From: Octopus vulgaris
Lineage: Eukaryota
Assembly (NCBI GenBank): GCA_951406725.2
Contig: OX597818.1
Span: 110,484,001-110,548,000 of the forward strand
Length of the DNA: 64,000 bases
Reading direction: 5' to 3'
The notes beneath the pieces are model-generated. The model saw nothing but the letters and a program-made list of their open reading frames with translations, was not told the origin of the DNA and searched no databases. This document shows positions 40,040 to 52,243 of this stretch, one piece after another. Every line of letters begins with the position of its first letter. Position 1 is the first letter of the stretch. A program made the position numbers and the translations under genes.

Positions 40040-40620
40040 TTGGCACAAATAACAAATTCTTCGCAAGAACACTCTCACAAAAGCTGAATGGCAAGAAAAA
40101 TATGGTCTTTAACCCCACGCCCGCCAAAAAAAATATGAAACGTTCAAAAGCTAAGGTAGAGCAAGAGTTGTCTTAAAGATATATTAAGGACAAGATTCTT
40201 CAGACGATGAAGCAGAAATGAAAACTGAAAACTTCACCATCACACGAGCTTCGGAGAAATTGAGCCTCTTCTCAGAGAATATGTGGAATCGAACATTGAA
40301 ACTAACAATGTGAAGCGTACCACCAGGATTGAACCTAGGTCAGCTGATAATGGCTCTATAGGCATAAAATATTGTAGCCAGTAATAGGTTAAACCCAACC
40401 AGTTCAATACAAACTGATTAAAGGTTGATTTCGAAATGATGTTATTGATAAGGTTTGCAGACATGAAAAGGACTTCTGGCCCCTTTTATTTTAAGACTGG
40501 GATGCAGCTGCTGGGGATGCTGAAAGGCCCCAAATGTAATTATTATGGAGATTTGAGAGCTTTTTGTCCGCTGGCGAAGGAGGATATGAAGAAGAGAAAC
40601 TTCACTGTCCAGCTTGCTAT
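40040..40620 (+). pseudogene. Possible decayed non-LTR ORF1/gag-like region
   Basis: RTLKLTM*SVPPGL and a degenerate zinc knuckle GPKCNYYGDLRAFCP; weak. Confidence 0.3.
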
Positions 40621-41019
40621 CATCATAATTCGTACCGCAACAACAGCGAGCACAATCAAACTGACCAGCATTAATAACAACTAGAGTGATGACAACAGAA
40701 CGGTCAAGACATATCAGGGTCATCGATGACCAAATCAGCGTCAGACAAGACCAACCATGTACACCGGATTACGGTTCACACCAAGAGGAAGCGGAAAGAA
40801 AGAAAATGGAGTCTACGGAGGATAAAGCTATATATATATATATAGCACTAAACCTCCGAGGCCCTATTGCATCCAGAAGGGACTAAAAGAGCAGCCTTTT
40901 CTTGATACCAACACTACAAACACATCAACAGCAGCAAGAGTTGTAGAAACTACAATGCCACAGACAGTAGCAGAAAAAGTATTATCAACAACAGCAGTAA
41001 CAACAACATCAGTGCCGAC

Positions 41020-42180
41020 AACAATGCTTACCGGAAGCTCAGTGCATCATTGTCAACGTGCAAAGTTTAACGTCACTAAATTCGCGTATTTGCCAGCTGT
41101 TAATGAGTCAACTTTCATCAGGCGGTGATGCGACGCTAATCGCCTTATTCTGGTGATTATTATAGAATTGATAGGTTTTACAACGAAGTCACGTTAAAGA
41201 GAAATAGACAAGAAGGGTGGCTGCCAGGGACTAAATCAAAAATAGATGATTAGGTAAAGCGTCGAAACTGAAGTGCTTCTGGCGTTAATAGCTCTCGACT
41301 GTTTATTTCTTCAGTGCGAAACATAGATACAGTGTTGTCAGAGCTAAGGAGTTTGCTCTTGGACACAGAGAATGCATGCTTTTGCGTAAACCGTTACATG
41401 ATCGTAGCTGTCAGAGCCATGTCGTGACAACGCATAAAGAATTCAGTGTTTGATACACGGGACCGGTGCAAGATGATCGATTCCTGGTAGACTTGTGCGG
41501 TTTTTCCTCAGCTTGTCTTTTTGACGAAACAGAAGTTCTATGTTGAAAATAGACTATAAAACGAGGCTCCCTTCTATTCTCTGTCATTCGGCAATTCAGC
41601 TGCTGGATAACCATCAATAATTTTTCTCCGCTTAAATTCTCTAGAAGTTGGAGTGAAAGAGCGAACCGAAGACGTACTTACAAAGACTCTAGAAGCTGCG
41701 ACGAAAATTAGCTGGTTGTTCAGCCCCAGTGGACTTTTGACTCAAAAGCTGTGAATAATTTATAGAAATTCCTAGTGAGCGGCATTGCAACTCTACATAC
41801 ACGAAAACATGTCAGTGTGAGATACACCTGAAACAGCGAATTCGTTCTGGTGGCATTCGTTAGGCTGCTAGCATTGCCGACCGGTAGGAGTTTGTTGACT
41901 AGCTTTTGTCACGTGTAAGCTTGATCTGGCTATCGTTTGAACGCATGTTGAATTTCGTTTGTCGTTTGGCCGAGAGATTTGTTGTATCTGGTAGCTATAG
42001 CGAAAGAATTTTTTTCCTGGCTGGCGCAACTGAGGACAGCCCTATTCCTTAGACTGGAATGGGTGGTGGAAAGGAAGATGTTGTCGTTCTGCAGATTTGA
42101 CGGGCGATGGAAGTGATAAATGATCTTCTCTCCTGTAAGCTGGAAAATTATAACTAGAAAAGAGCAGTTGCTCTTGAGGC
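41020..42180 (-). pseudogene. Possible highly decayed Ty3/Gypsy gag-protease
   Basis: Faint motifs YDH..AKACILC and AISV downstream of a degenerate DTG; weak. Confidence 0.25.
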
Positions 42181-42901
42181 AATCCTGGAATTATGAGCGT
42201 CCGTAATTAGTTATCGACGATGGTCGTTTCATCCTTTCGAGGCCGAAGTACCCATTGCACACCACGATAGATGTTATCGACTACCTCCCTCCAACAAAAA
42301 TTTCAGACATTCTCTCTTTAGTAGAAAGGGCTATTGTCATTATGAAAGAGAGTAGCGCATACCATAAAAGTGAAGCAAGGGTACAAATATATGAAGCCTA
42401 ACACACTCAGAATGACCAACCGTCTGATAAAGATACACCATGTACATGTATCACAACCACATGTGCACGACAAGGTGACTTCGTAACAAGATACACAGCG
42501 GATGGCTTTGCAGATGGGGCCCAGTTAGAATTTTCTTCAGGTCGAATAGCCCATCCCATTCAAAAGGTCCCTGAATAAGGGTTGTTTAAGGATGATGAAC
42601 AAAACAACCATGTTTACAGAGGCGAATTATTCTAGGTCTAAAAAATTCCTCTCAACACATGGCTATGATGCTTCCCCACTACTTCTGCTCGTAACCAGAG
42701 ATGCACATATCGTCAGCCACTGAAGGACATGGTCATCTGGTTGAGGACAAGCAACTGACAGGCAAATTGGTAGTATTCAGCAGAATATTTGCTGTATTCA
42801 ATCTTTTACACCAAGACAAAATATTTACATGATAACACTTTCAATCAATTAGGATCCGAAGCTACGAAAGCTACTCCCTGGTACTGCATCAAGGGATATT
42901 T

Positions 42902-43285
42902 GGCAGCCAAGTGGCAGAATCGTTTGCCCGCTGGAGGAAATGCTTAGCGGTATTTCGTCTGCCGCTACGTTCTGAGTTCAAATTCCGCCGAGGTCGACTT
43001 TGCCTTTATCCTCTCTGGGTCGATAAATTAAGTACCAGTTACGCATTGAAGTCGATATAATCGACTTAATCCGTCTATCAGTCCGTGTTTGTCCTCTCTA
43101 TGTTTTTGCCCCTTGTGGGTAGTAAAGAAATAGGTATTTCGTCTGCCGCTACGTTCTGAGTTCAAATTCCGCCGAGGTTGACTTTGCCTTTCAACTTTCT
43201 GGGTCATTAATTACACACTGGGGTCGACGTAATCTACTAGTCCCCTCCTCCAAAATTCCAGGCCTTGTGCCTTTAGCTGAAAGGA
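42902..43285 (+). mobile_element. Dimeric SINE family B (monomer, linker, 5'-truncated monomer)
   Basis: Same architecture and linker as 53444-53840. Confidence 0.85.
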
Positions 43286-43459
43286 TTATTATTACTACTA
43301 CTATTACAACTACTTCTACTACAACAACTACTAATACTACTATTACAAGTACTATTACTACTGCTACACAGATAATCTCTATTAATCCTTGGCCATTATT
43401 TTGTCAATACGATTAACAATTCTTTATTTCCTAACAATGTTTTGGTTTAATGGGGAAAC

Positions 43460-43531
43460 GAAGAAGAAGAAGAAGAAGAAGAAGAAGAAGAAGAAGAAGA
43501 AGAAGAAGAAGAAGAAGAAGAAGAAGAAGAA

Positions 43532-43583
<52 letters not shown>
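43460..43583. repeat. (GAA)n-(GAAA)n
   Basis: Direct reading. Confidence 0.95.
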
Positions 43584-43585
<2 letters not shown>

Positions 43586-44210
43586 CCATTCCTAATAAAC
43601 ATCTAACTCACCACTTTGCAGTTCGTGTTTATTATTTTGCTGAAGCCTCTAAGAAGAATCCGTCATTTTGGATGACAGATTTCGTTATTCTTCCAAATTA
43701 CTGGAACAAGACTATATAATTAAATTTCGTCGTAAGAGTTGTAGGAGAGAAGCATCACTCATTATTACGACATATGGCTACAACGAAGGCCTTAGTACCG
43801 AAAGACTTGTGTAATTGGAAAACTGTCACGTAACGACTTTCTCTCCGAATAAATTTCGGTGCAAATCCTGGCAAATTAATGTGGACAGCAGAAATGTCTG
43901 CCAGTATTTCAAACTTTCGCCACTTTCCAGAAACTCCATTTTCAAGAATATATAATCTCCAATTTACATAGACGAACGCAAAACAAATAAATGCCTCCGC
44001 AACCGTACAGGTGAGTAGGTTTGTGTTTAGAGTTGAATATAAACATAATCATATGTCTACAATGTATTGTCAATCCGTGCACATTGTACTGCAAACAGTG
44101 AGTTCGATAACGTTGCTCCTCTCAGCAAATAACAAAAAATTGAGTAAGGTGTTGTTTGAACGTAAGCTTCCAGCTTCTGACCAACTCTCAGTGATTTCAA
44201 TTTGTATCGT

Positions 44211-44850
44211 GACCCCCTTCGGTCATGAATGACCATGGGATTGCACCTAGAAAGTTACCCTATGAGGCACAAATCTGGGCAAGGTTGTTTATGGAAGACC
44301 AGCAGTCACACTGCATACCAGCCTCCCCTCTCAATGTCATTATATGTACATAGAGTAAAGGGCAAAGACCCCCTTCGGTCATGAATGGTCATGGGATTGC
44401 ACCTAGAAAGTTACCCTATGAGGCACAAATCTAGGCAAGATTGTTTATGGAAGACCAGCAGTCACACTGCATACCAGCCTCCCCTCTCAATGACATTATA
44501 TGTACATAGGGTAAAGGGCAAAGACCCCCTTCGGTCATAAATGACCATGGGATTGCACCTAGAAAGTTACCTTCCAAGGCACAAGTCCAGGCAAGGTTGT
44601 TTTATGGAAGGTCTGCAGTCGCCCATGCATACCGGCCTCCCCTCTCTACCCACTGATGTTATCCAAGGGAAAGGGAAAGGGAAAGGGGCCGTTACAGCTC
44701 GGAACCAGCGATGTCGCAACTCATTTCTACAGCTGAGTGAACTGGAGCAACGTGAAATAAAGTGTCTTGCTCAAGAACACAACACGCAGCCTGGTCCGGG
44801 AATCGAACTCACAACCTCACGATCGTAAGCTCGACGCTCTAATGACTGAG
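44211..44850 (-). mobile_element. SINE family C with two extra 156 bp tandem copies of its 3' end
   Basis: GACCCCCTTCGGTCAT at 44211, 44367 and 44523. Confidence 0.9.
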
Positions 44851-44889
44851 TCAATTTATTGACATCATTAATGCACGCTAAGGAAGAAA

Positions 44890-45115
44890 ACTGTGGTTAG
44901 GTTTTGAACTCATGATTGTGGTTTCGATTCCTGGACCGGGCGATGCGTTGTGTTCTTGAGCAAAACACTTCATTTCACGTTGCTCCAGTCCACTCAGCTG
45001 GCAAAAATGAGTAATCCTGCGACGGATCGGCGTTCTGTTCAGGCGGGGAATTTCTACGCCACTGAAACTGGGAAACCGGCCCTTATGAGCCTGGCATGGC
45101 TGGAGAAGGAAACAT
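44890..45115 (+). mobile_element. CORE-like SINE, divergent from the previous copy
   Basis: GGTTTCGATTCC..TTGTGTTCTTGAGCAAAACACTT..CTCCAGTCCACTCAGCTG. Confidence 0.85.
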
Positions 45116-45374
45116 TTATTTTTCTTTATTGAAGGAAGAAAACTAATTCTATCTTTTAAGCATCTATTTTTGAATGTAAACAATTCAATAGAACAAGGGA
45201 CAAACTTGCAGCTAGCTAAGGACGAGAGTTGAATATGTTTTGCAGACAAAGACGATTAGCATCACATCGCCGCTACGTGAGCGTCACACACTCTCAGTCC
45301 GTTCGTCGCTAATGTTTAAAATACGATAGGGAATTTGAGCGACTGGAACCGATATTTATATCTAAACAGTCTTA

Positions 45375-45580
45375 GGGCGACCAACTGGCAGAATTGTTAG
45401 CACGCCGGAGAAAATGCTTAGTAGCACTTCGTCCGTCTTTACGTCGTTTCTGGCATCGACTTTACCTTTCATCATTTCGGGGTCGATAAAATAAGTACCA
45501 GTCGATTACTGGAGTCGATGTAACCGACTTACCCCCTCCTCCGAAATCACTGGCCTTCTCACAAAATCTGAAACCTATAT
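45375..45580 (+). mobile_element. SINE family B
   Basis: Head, core and tail motifs. Confidence 0.85.
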
Positions 45581-46109
45581 TTAAACAGATTTAAAGCGGA
45601 ATTTATAGCTGACTTGACCGCAAACCTCCAAATTATGGCCTGAAAATATAAGTGTTGTAGGGGATTAGTAAAACCTCCCACGTGACGAGTGGAATGATTC
45701 AGTCGCTATAAGTAAAGTGACGTCGGCCAGTATCGAGAGAGTACATGTATACTGTGTAGATAGTCGTGTCTGTACTGATATAGCAATTGCACTATGATAC
45801 TGAGTGGACGGTGTAACGATCCAACCGTTTGAGAATAATAACACTGTCCGACTGGGGTCGTACAGTGCCAGATAGAACCATTCTATTGACGACTTCGGAA
45901 TATAACGATATCTGTCAGAGCGACAATCGCCATACAAAGACAGATACAAGAATAAGATCCCAGAAAAACGTGCCCACAATCCGCATTTGATTGGCGTTTA
46001 GAGCAATTTCAATTCGTGTAGTTCGACCTCTTCAGAACCAGACAAGCACTTCCAATCTCCTCCATCATTTTCTCTTAAATAAGAACTTGACACTGTTCAG
46101 CAATTTTAT

Positions 46110-46470
46110 TGTATCTTTTATTTCTTATTTTGTTTACATGTTTTGGCCATCAGTTGCGGTCATTCTGGAGCACCGCCTTGAAGAATGTTTTAGCTGAATG
46201 AATCCACCATAATACTTATTCCATCGGTCTCTTTTGCTAAGTCAAGGGGATGTAAACACACCAACACCGATTGTCAAGTGATGGTGGAGGACAAACACAA
46301 ACAGACACACGCGTGTCTGTTTGTTTATACAGGGGAGGCTTCTTTTCAGTTTCCGTCGAGCTAATCCACTCACAAGTCGCAGACACTCGTCCAGGGCGCT
46401 ACGCAGTCAAATTGAACCCGGAACCATGTGGTTAAGAAGCAAACTTCTAACCACACAGCCTCGCTTGCGT
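46110..46470 (-). mobile_element. SINE family A, degenerate
   Basis: Core motifs. Confidence 0.8.
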
Positions 46471-46617
46471 TTCTATCTTTTCTACGTTGCTCACAACACA
46501 CTGCTTCCTGTTTTTCGAAATGATTCTATTTATTTGGAAAATAAACGTGTGCGTACGCGCGTGTACATATGTATGTGCATGTGTTTATATATGTGTATAC
46601 ACACACACATATGTATA

Positions 46618-46673
<56 letters not shown>

Positions 46674-46728
46674 CATAAGTACGTATACACACACAGATAT
46701 ATATATATATATACGTATACACACACAG

Positions 46729-46832
<104 letters not shown>

Positions 46833-47619
46833 ATATTAATGTATGTTTGATCACTTAGAAGTAAATGCGTATTTTTAGGAACACGGTATGAAGTTCCTTC
46901 CAATGCAACGTTTTGTTCGAAGTAAATAAATTATAGACATCGCTTCAAGTGAATTATAAAATCTGGTCTGTTTTGCAGATATTGTCTTTACTCTGTTCTA
47001 TACACACACAAACACAAACACACTCACACAGACACACACACATACACACACGCGCGCGCGCGAGCGCGCACACACACATACATAATGTATATAGAGAGAG
47101 TAAGAGAGAGAGAAAAAGAAAAGCAGAGATAAAGAGGAAGGGCAGAGGGAGTGATGAGGGGCAGAAAGAGCTAACTATAAACGTTAGATGAAATACATAC
47201 GGGAAAATCGATTGCGTGGGATGTAACCTTTCCATGGATATTTTCAATCTGTGTACCTCACTTAGAAAACACTATTTCCAGAATTCAATTTTTGTTCTGA
47301 ATTCAAGACCTAGAGAGGCCAACTTTGCCTTCTATTTTTTCCGACATCAATATAGTTAGCACCCGTGAATTACAGGTACAATGGTCAACCTAACCGACTG
47401 CTCCTCACAACAAAATCATTGGTTGTCTGTCTAAACCAATGTTTCTCAATCGGGTCTACTTGAGCCTTAGGGGTCCTTATGAACTTTGGAGTTCCTTATG
47501 ACTCTTGGGGGAGTTTATGACCTTTGGAGGTCCCTATGATATTTTGCTGTTAAAATGTTTATGTGCAATAAATTGGTTACGCTTCTGCAATAGAGAAAAT
47601 AGTTTCGCAATGTTTTTAT

Positions 47620-47760
47620 ACTTGTTTCCCAACCACATAGTTCCGGGTTCATTCCACTGCATAGTACCTTGGGCAAGTGTCTTCTGCTATAACTTCGGGC
47701 TGACCATAGCCTTGTGAGTGGATCTGGTAGACGGAAACTGAAAGAGGCCCGTCGTATATA
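47620..47760 (+). mobile_element. SINE family A, 5' half
   Basis: Ends at the internal (TA)n where a MITE is inserted. Confidence 0.85.
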
Positions 47761-47770
47761 TATATATATA

Positions 47771-48139
47771 CAGGGTGATTCAAAAGTCTCCATACATAGG
47801 AAAAATTTATTTTTTATAAGAAACAGTTTATAAAATCCCCTAGATTCCCTGATCTAACCCCTCTTGATTTCTATCTTTGGGGGCATTTGAAACGCGTGGG
47901 GGTATCGCGGAAATATAAAAGATATAACTGATTTGAAGGAACGAATCACCAACTCCTTTGCACACGTATCATCAGATGTGCTATTACGAGTTCACGATGA
48001 GTGGGGTAAACGTATTGCAATGTGTATTCAAAACAATGGTAACCATATAAAGCCTGTTAAATAAAAAAAAACAGTTCGTATAAACTGTTTCTTATAAAAA
48101 AGATAAATTGTTCCTATGTATGGCGACTTTTTAATCACC

Positions 48140-48142
<3 letters not shown>
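47771..48142 (+). mobile_element. Tc1/mariner-superfamily deletion derivative with ~60 bp TIRs
   Basis: CAGGGTGATTCAAAAGTCTCCATACATAGG / CCTATGTATGGCGACTTTTTAATCACCCTG in (TA)n; internal PRFPDLTPLDFYLWGHLK..LKERIT..CIQNNGNHI transposase C-terminus. Confidence 0.9.
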
Positions 48143-48180
<38 letters not shown>

Positions 48181-48183
<3 letters not shown>

Positions 48184-48360
48184 AATCTAAAAAATACGAA
48201 GAACAAACACAATAAAACAACAACGCAAGGACGTGGTACATGTAAAGTATTAGCAGACGCTCAGGGAAGGAAAGAAAAGTGTTTTACGTTTCGAGCCAAG
48301 CTCTTCTTCAGAAACATGAAACAGGGGAAAGTCCAATAGAAATGGAAAACAGAGGGAAAT
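48181..48360 (-). mobile_element. Penelope-type terminal element abutting (TA)n
   Basis: Homologous to 6271-6480 (CCTGAGCGTC..TAATACT..CCACGTCCT..CGTTGTTGTTTT). Confidence 0.7.
48280..48316 (-). ncRNA. Minimal type-I hammerhead ribozyme, intact core
   Basis: TGTTT-CTGAAGA-A-GAGC-TTG-GCTC-GAAA-CGTA-AAACA: 5 bp stem I, 4 bp stem II, palindromic ACGT stem III, GUA site. Confidence 0.8.
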
Positions 48361-48672
48361 AACTCTTGAAATAATGCTTTGAATTCCCCCCTCCCCACCC
48401 AAAACAAAAAAGCAATCGATGAGTGAAAAAATCGATAAAATAATTCCTTATGGATTTCCCAATCAAATTGTCTGCACTCTATTTTCAGCCAAACGTTTAC
48501 CAATTTTAACAGATTACGCTCAAATTTGATGTCAGTGTTACTTAGTTGTTATTATTATCATCATCATCATCATTATCATCAGTAGTAGTAGTAGGTGGTG
48601 GTGGTGTCGGTGGTAGCAGTGGTGATGGCTGATATATTCGTAATAGACTAGTATAATCATTGGTGCGTCGTG

Positions 48673-49205
48673 TTAACCCCTTGATGCCGGTATTACCCGA
48701 AGCATGCGAGGCACTGCTGCGGTTTTTCATCTAATGAGGCCACACAAACACACAAGTGCCAACGTGCTCGCGCCTATTTACATTCACCTTTACAATAACA
48801 TAACGTCGTACATTTACCTCAACCGGTTTATGAAAACGATCTATGTGAAGTATTTATCATAATATGATATGCACGAGATTCCAAGAAGTAATTCCTCCCC
48901 TCCTCGTACATTCCAGAAAGTAATTCCTCCCACTCCATATAAATGTTATATACCCTTTATCTAACAGTTCGTCATTCAATGACATGACGACATTAGTTGA
49001 TGCTAGAATGTCAGCGACCCTGTCCTCGCCAGTATATATTTTATAGTTCCAGGTATAGACACGTGCAACACCGGATGACTGACAAACTCTATATACTTTC
49101 ACTCCAAAGCGTGCACGTTTTGTAGGGTTGTACCGTCTGAATCGCAACAGCCCCTTGAATTTCCAGAGACTTTCGTCTATGGAAATATCTTGTGTAGGCC
49201 CAAGG
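48673..49205 (-). pseudogene. piggyBac transposase fragment with one terminus
   Basis: PTQDISIDESLWKFKG..FRRYNPTKRARFGVKVY..YTWNYKIYTG..LLDKGY; TTAA-CCCCTT terminus at 48673. Confidence 0.85.
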
Positions 49206-49300
49206 ATACTTCCTGGAAATTTTCCAGGATTGGGGACTTCCCGGAAAGTTCCGATGATTAGAGACTTCCTGGAAACTTCCGAGGATGGGTACTTCCCTAG
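49203..49300. repeat. 28 bp tandem repeat (~3.5 copies) with TTCC(T/C)GGAA cores
   Basis: TTCCTGGAA at 49210, TTCCCGGAA at 49238, TTCCTGGAA at 49266. Confidence 0.8.
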
Positions 49301-49321
49301 AGTAGAAAAGATTTTCTCCGG

Positions 49322-49700
49322 GGTGGCGATCTGGCAGAATCGTTAGCATACCGGGCGAAATGCTCAGCAGTATTTCGTCTGCCGTTACGTTCTGAGTTCG
49401 AATTCTGCCGAGGTCGACTTTGTTTTTCATGCCATTCAGGGGGAGGTCGATGAAACAAGTACCTAAAGTAAAAACAATTATCATTTCCTCTGAAAACCGA
49501 TATGATAACAGAATTGTTAGAGCGTCAGCCAAAATGCGTTGTGGCATTTTTTTCCGATTCTTAACGTTCTGAGTTCAAATGCCGCCGAAATCGACTTCGC
49601 CTTTCATACTTCCAGGATCGATAGAATAAGTACCAGTTAAGCATTGCACCCACCTCCCCATAACTGCCTTGCAACCTGCCCTTAAATTACAAGCCTAGTG
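49322..49700 (+). mobile_element. Two SINE family B copies
   Basis: Two head and core sets. Confidence 0.8.
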
Positions 49701-50275
49701 TCTCAAATTAAATCTATTATTATGATATTTCCCGATGCCCTTGTCATTGTTATTGTCGTGTAAGTACTAATCTTGCTGCTGCTACTACTAATGTCAGACT
49801 TTTTCCTTTTATGTTCAAGCGTCTTTGGCGACGAAATTAATTCAGATATTCTAAGAAGAAACAGTATGCCGAACATCAAAGCGTCTATCGATTTTGTCTG
49901 GAGGAGTGAGCACTGTTCAGTCTTAATGCAAGTTACGTGCAATGGAAAAGCATATGAGCGAGAAGAGAACGTTAAGAGTGTTTTAATATTGCTACTTTCA
50001 AACTGGGCAATATATTTATTATCCAGTATGATGCTATGTGCCAAAGTGGCAATATTCTCAAAAGGTTGGTCTTGGATATATTATGGTAATAAAAGCCAGT
50101 GTAAAGTATTTCGGTTAAGGATGAAGTCTATCATCGAAATAAACAGCAGCTACGTTGTTTGTGGTTAGAAGCGGTTTCAAACTCAAATTGGATCCAAATG
50201 TGTTTTAACCCCACCTCCCTCCCAATTAGCAGAAATATTAAGGCAATGAGCAGGCAGAATCGTTTGTACGCTTAA

Positions 50276-50859
50276 CCCCTTACCCAACAATTATTTTGAA
50301 AATAAATGTATTTTTTCAGACATATTTTTTAATTGTTTTATTTTACTATGTTTTGAATGGTGATTTCGAGGTATATTTCAAGCCTTATTTATTATGAATT
50401 TTAATTCAATAATATTGATTTTAAATTACCGCTTTGGGCAGAAACGAGTTAACCCGTTTTTTCATAAATCATATTACTTTTGCAAAAAATCATGTTATTT
50501 TATTTGGTTATCGACATGGTGGGGTTATAATATAAAGGTATAAAAAAAAAACAACGTAAAAACAAAGTGAATACTTCTATTCATAAAATGTGCCTTCCAA
50601 CCCTTCGACTGTATCCAGGTGACTAAATCATACTCGGTCTTCAATGCCTTACTCAAGTGAAAGGTGGCAGAAATCGTCACTGCCAGACGTATAAAGTGAG
50701 CGAATATACTCGTATATGTCAAAAAAGAGTTTATAATAGACAAAGGAACTCGTTTGCTGTCGATTTTGGCGAGTCTATCTTTTGACAAGTTAACTCGCCA
50801 GAGATAGAAAAAAACGATTTCGGTCAAAACGCATATATTCGTTCCTACCAGGTAAAGGG
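50276..50859. mobile_element. piggyBac-type MITE
   Basis: TTAA at 50272 and 50860; termini CCCCTTACC / GGTAAAGGG. Confidence 0.65.
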
Positions 50860-50863
50860 TTAA

Positions 50864-51130
50864 GGCGGCGAGCTGGCAGAAACGTTAGCACGACGGGCGA
50901 AAAGCGGTATTTCGTTTGTCTTTACGTTCTGAGTTCAAATTCCACCGAGTTCGACTTTGCCTTTCATCCTTTCGGGGGTCGATAAATTAAGTACCAGTTG
51001 CGTACTGGGATCGATCTAAACGGCTGGCTTAATGAGTACCAGTTAACTATTGGGTCGATGTAATCGACTACACACACCCCGCCCCCGCTTCCGGAAGTTG
51101 CTGGCCTTGTGCCAAAATTGAAAAACCAAC
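50864..51130 (+). mobile_element. SINE family B
   Basis: Head, core and tail motifs. Confidence 0.9.
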
Positions 51131-51159
51131 ACGTTCAGATATTTATCAGATTTTCACTT

Positions 51160-51345
51160 CTTCTTCTTCTACCACTACTACTATTACTACTACTAATGCT
51201 GCTGTTGCTGCTGCTACTACTACTACTGCTGCTGGTGCTACTACTACAACCACTGCTGCTGGTGCTACTACTACAACCACTGCTGCTAGTGATTATACGA
51301 CCACTACTACTACTACTGCTGCTGCTGTAGGTGCTGCTACTACAA
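51160..51345. repeat. (CTA/CTG)n degenerate trinucleotide array
   Basis: Direct reading. Confidence 0.85.
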
Positions 51346-51717
51346 TTACTTCTTAATTAGCATATTGGTTACAAATGTTAGCCAGAAAACGAGTGCTAAG
51401 AGGGAATCACCTTGCAATGTTACTTTTCTTACAATAAGCTATTTTCACACAATTCCCTCTTTTATTTATATCTTCAGAATGGTTTACCATTTCTTCAGTA
51501 TGTTCCTCACTCACTACCTTACTCATTAGGAAACCCAACCTAATTCAATCCATCCCTTTTTTTCTTATAGTATTCTTGTCCGATAATCGATATTTAAAAC
51601 CGCATAAAATATCTCGAAGATCCTTCCAAGTTTTCTGAAATTAATTTTTTTTACTTTCTTTTTATTTGTTTATTTAGCAAATGATCGTTTGTCCTCGGCG
51701 ATATAAACTCCGCTAAA

Positions 51718-51842
51718 AGTTGGCTTCAAATTTTGGCACAAGGCCGGGAATTTCGACCCCCAGTGCGAAGCTGGTACTTATTTTTATCGATTCTGAAAGG
51801 ATAAAAGGCAAAGTCGGCCTCGGCGAAATTTGAACTCTGAAC
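51718..51842 (-). mobile_element. SINE family B, partial
   Basis: Core and tail motifs. Confidence 0.8.
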
Positions 51843-51939
51843 TCAAGCATGAAGAAGTGATATGGCGAAGGTTCTAGTTGAAATATTTTAAGGGCACACG
51901 CGAAATATTTGTGCGTGTATGTGGCATTCTGCCAGTTAT

Positions 51940-52243
51940 GTCGACGACGAGGGTTCCAGTTGATCCGATCAACGGAACAGCCTACTCGTGAAATAAGCGT
52001 GCAAGTGGCTGAGTACTTCACAGACAACGCATACCCTTAACGTAGTTCTCAAGGAGAGTCAGTGAAACACAGTATGTGTCAAGGCTGGCCCCTTTTGAAT
52101 TACCGGTACTACTCATATCTGCCAGCTGAGAGGATTGGAGCAACGTTTAACAAAGTGTCTTACGCAAGGACACAGCGCTCCGCAGCGAATCGAACGCACG
52201 TTCATGACCCAAATACCCGAACCACTGAGCCAGACGCCTTCAC
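51940..52243 (-). mobile_element. SINE family D
   Basis: Colinear with 22428-22752. Confidence 0.85.

Noticed and set aside
41085-41125. Minus-strand CTGATGA followed by a small hairpin
   Set aside because: No GAAA after the stem
44211-44540. Regularly spaced repeats suggesting a CRISPR array
   Set aside because: Whole 156 bp units are duplicated with no unique spacers; eukaryotic SINE tail
45665-46080. 104 aa minus-strand ORF with hydrophobic start; GPCR- or EGF-like words in another frame
   Set aside because: Stops in the alternative frames, no splice support; more likely decayed retroelement sequence
47437-47610. hAT-like MITE start (CAATGTTTCTCAA) with ~19 bp internal repeats
   Set aside because: No matching second terminus or target duplication found
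49773-50168. 131 aa ORF with signal-peptide-like start
   Set aside because: Leucine run derives from CTG/CTA repeats; no recognisable domain
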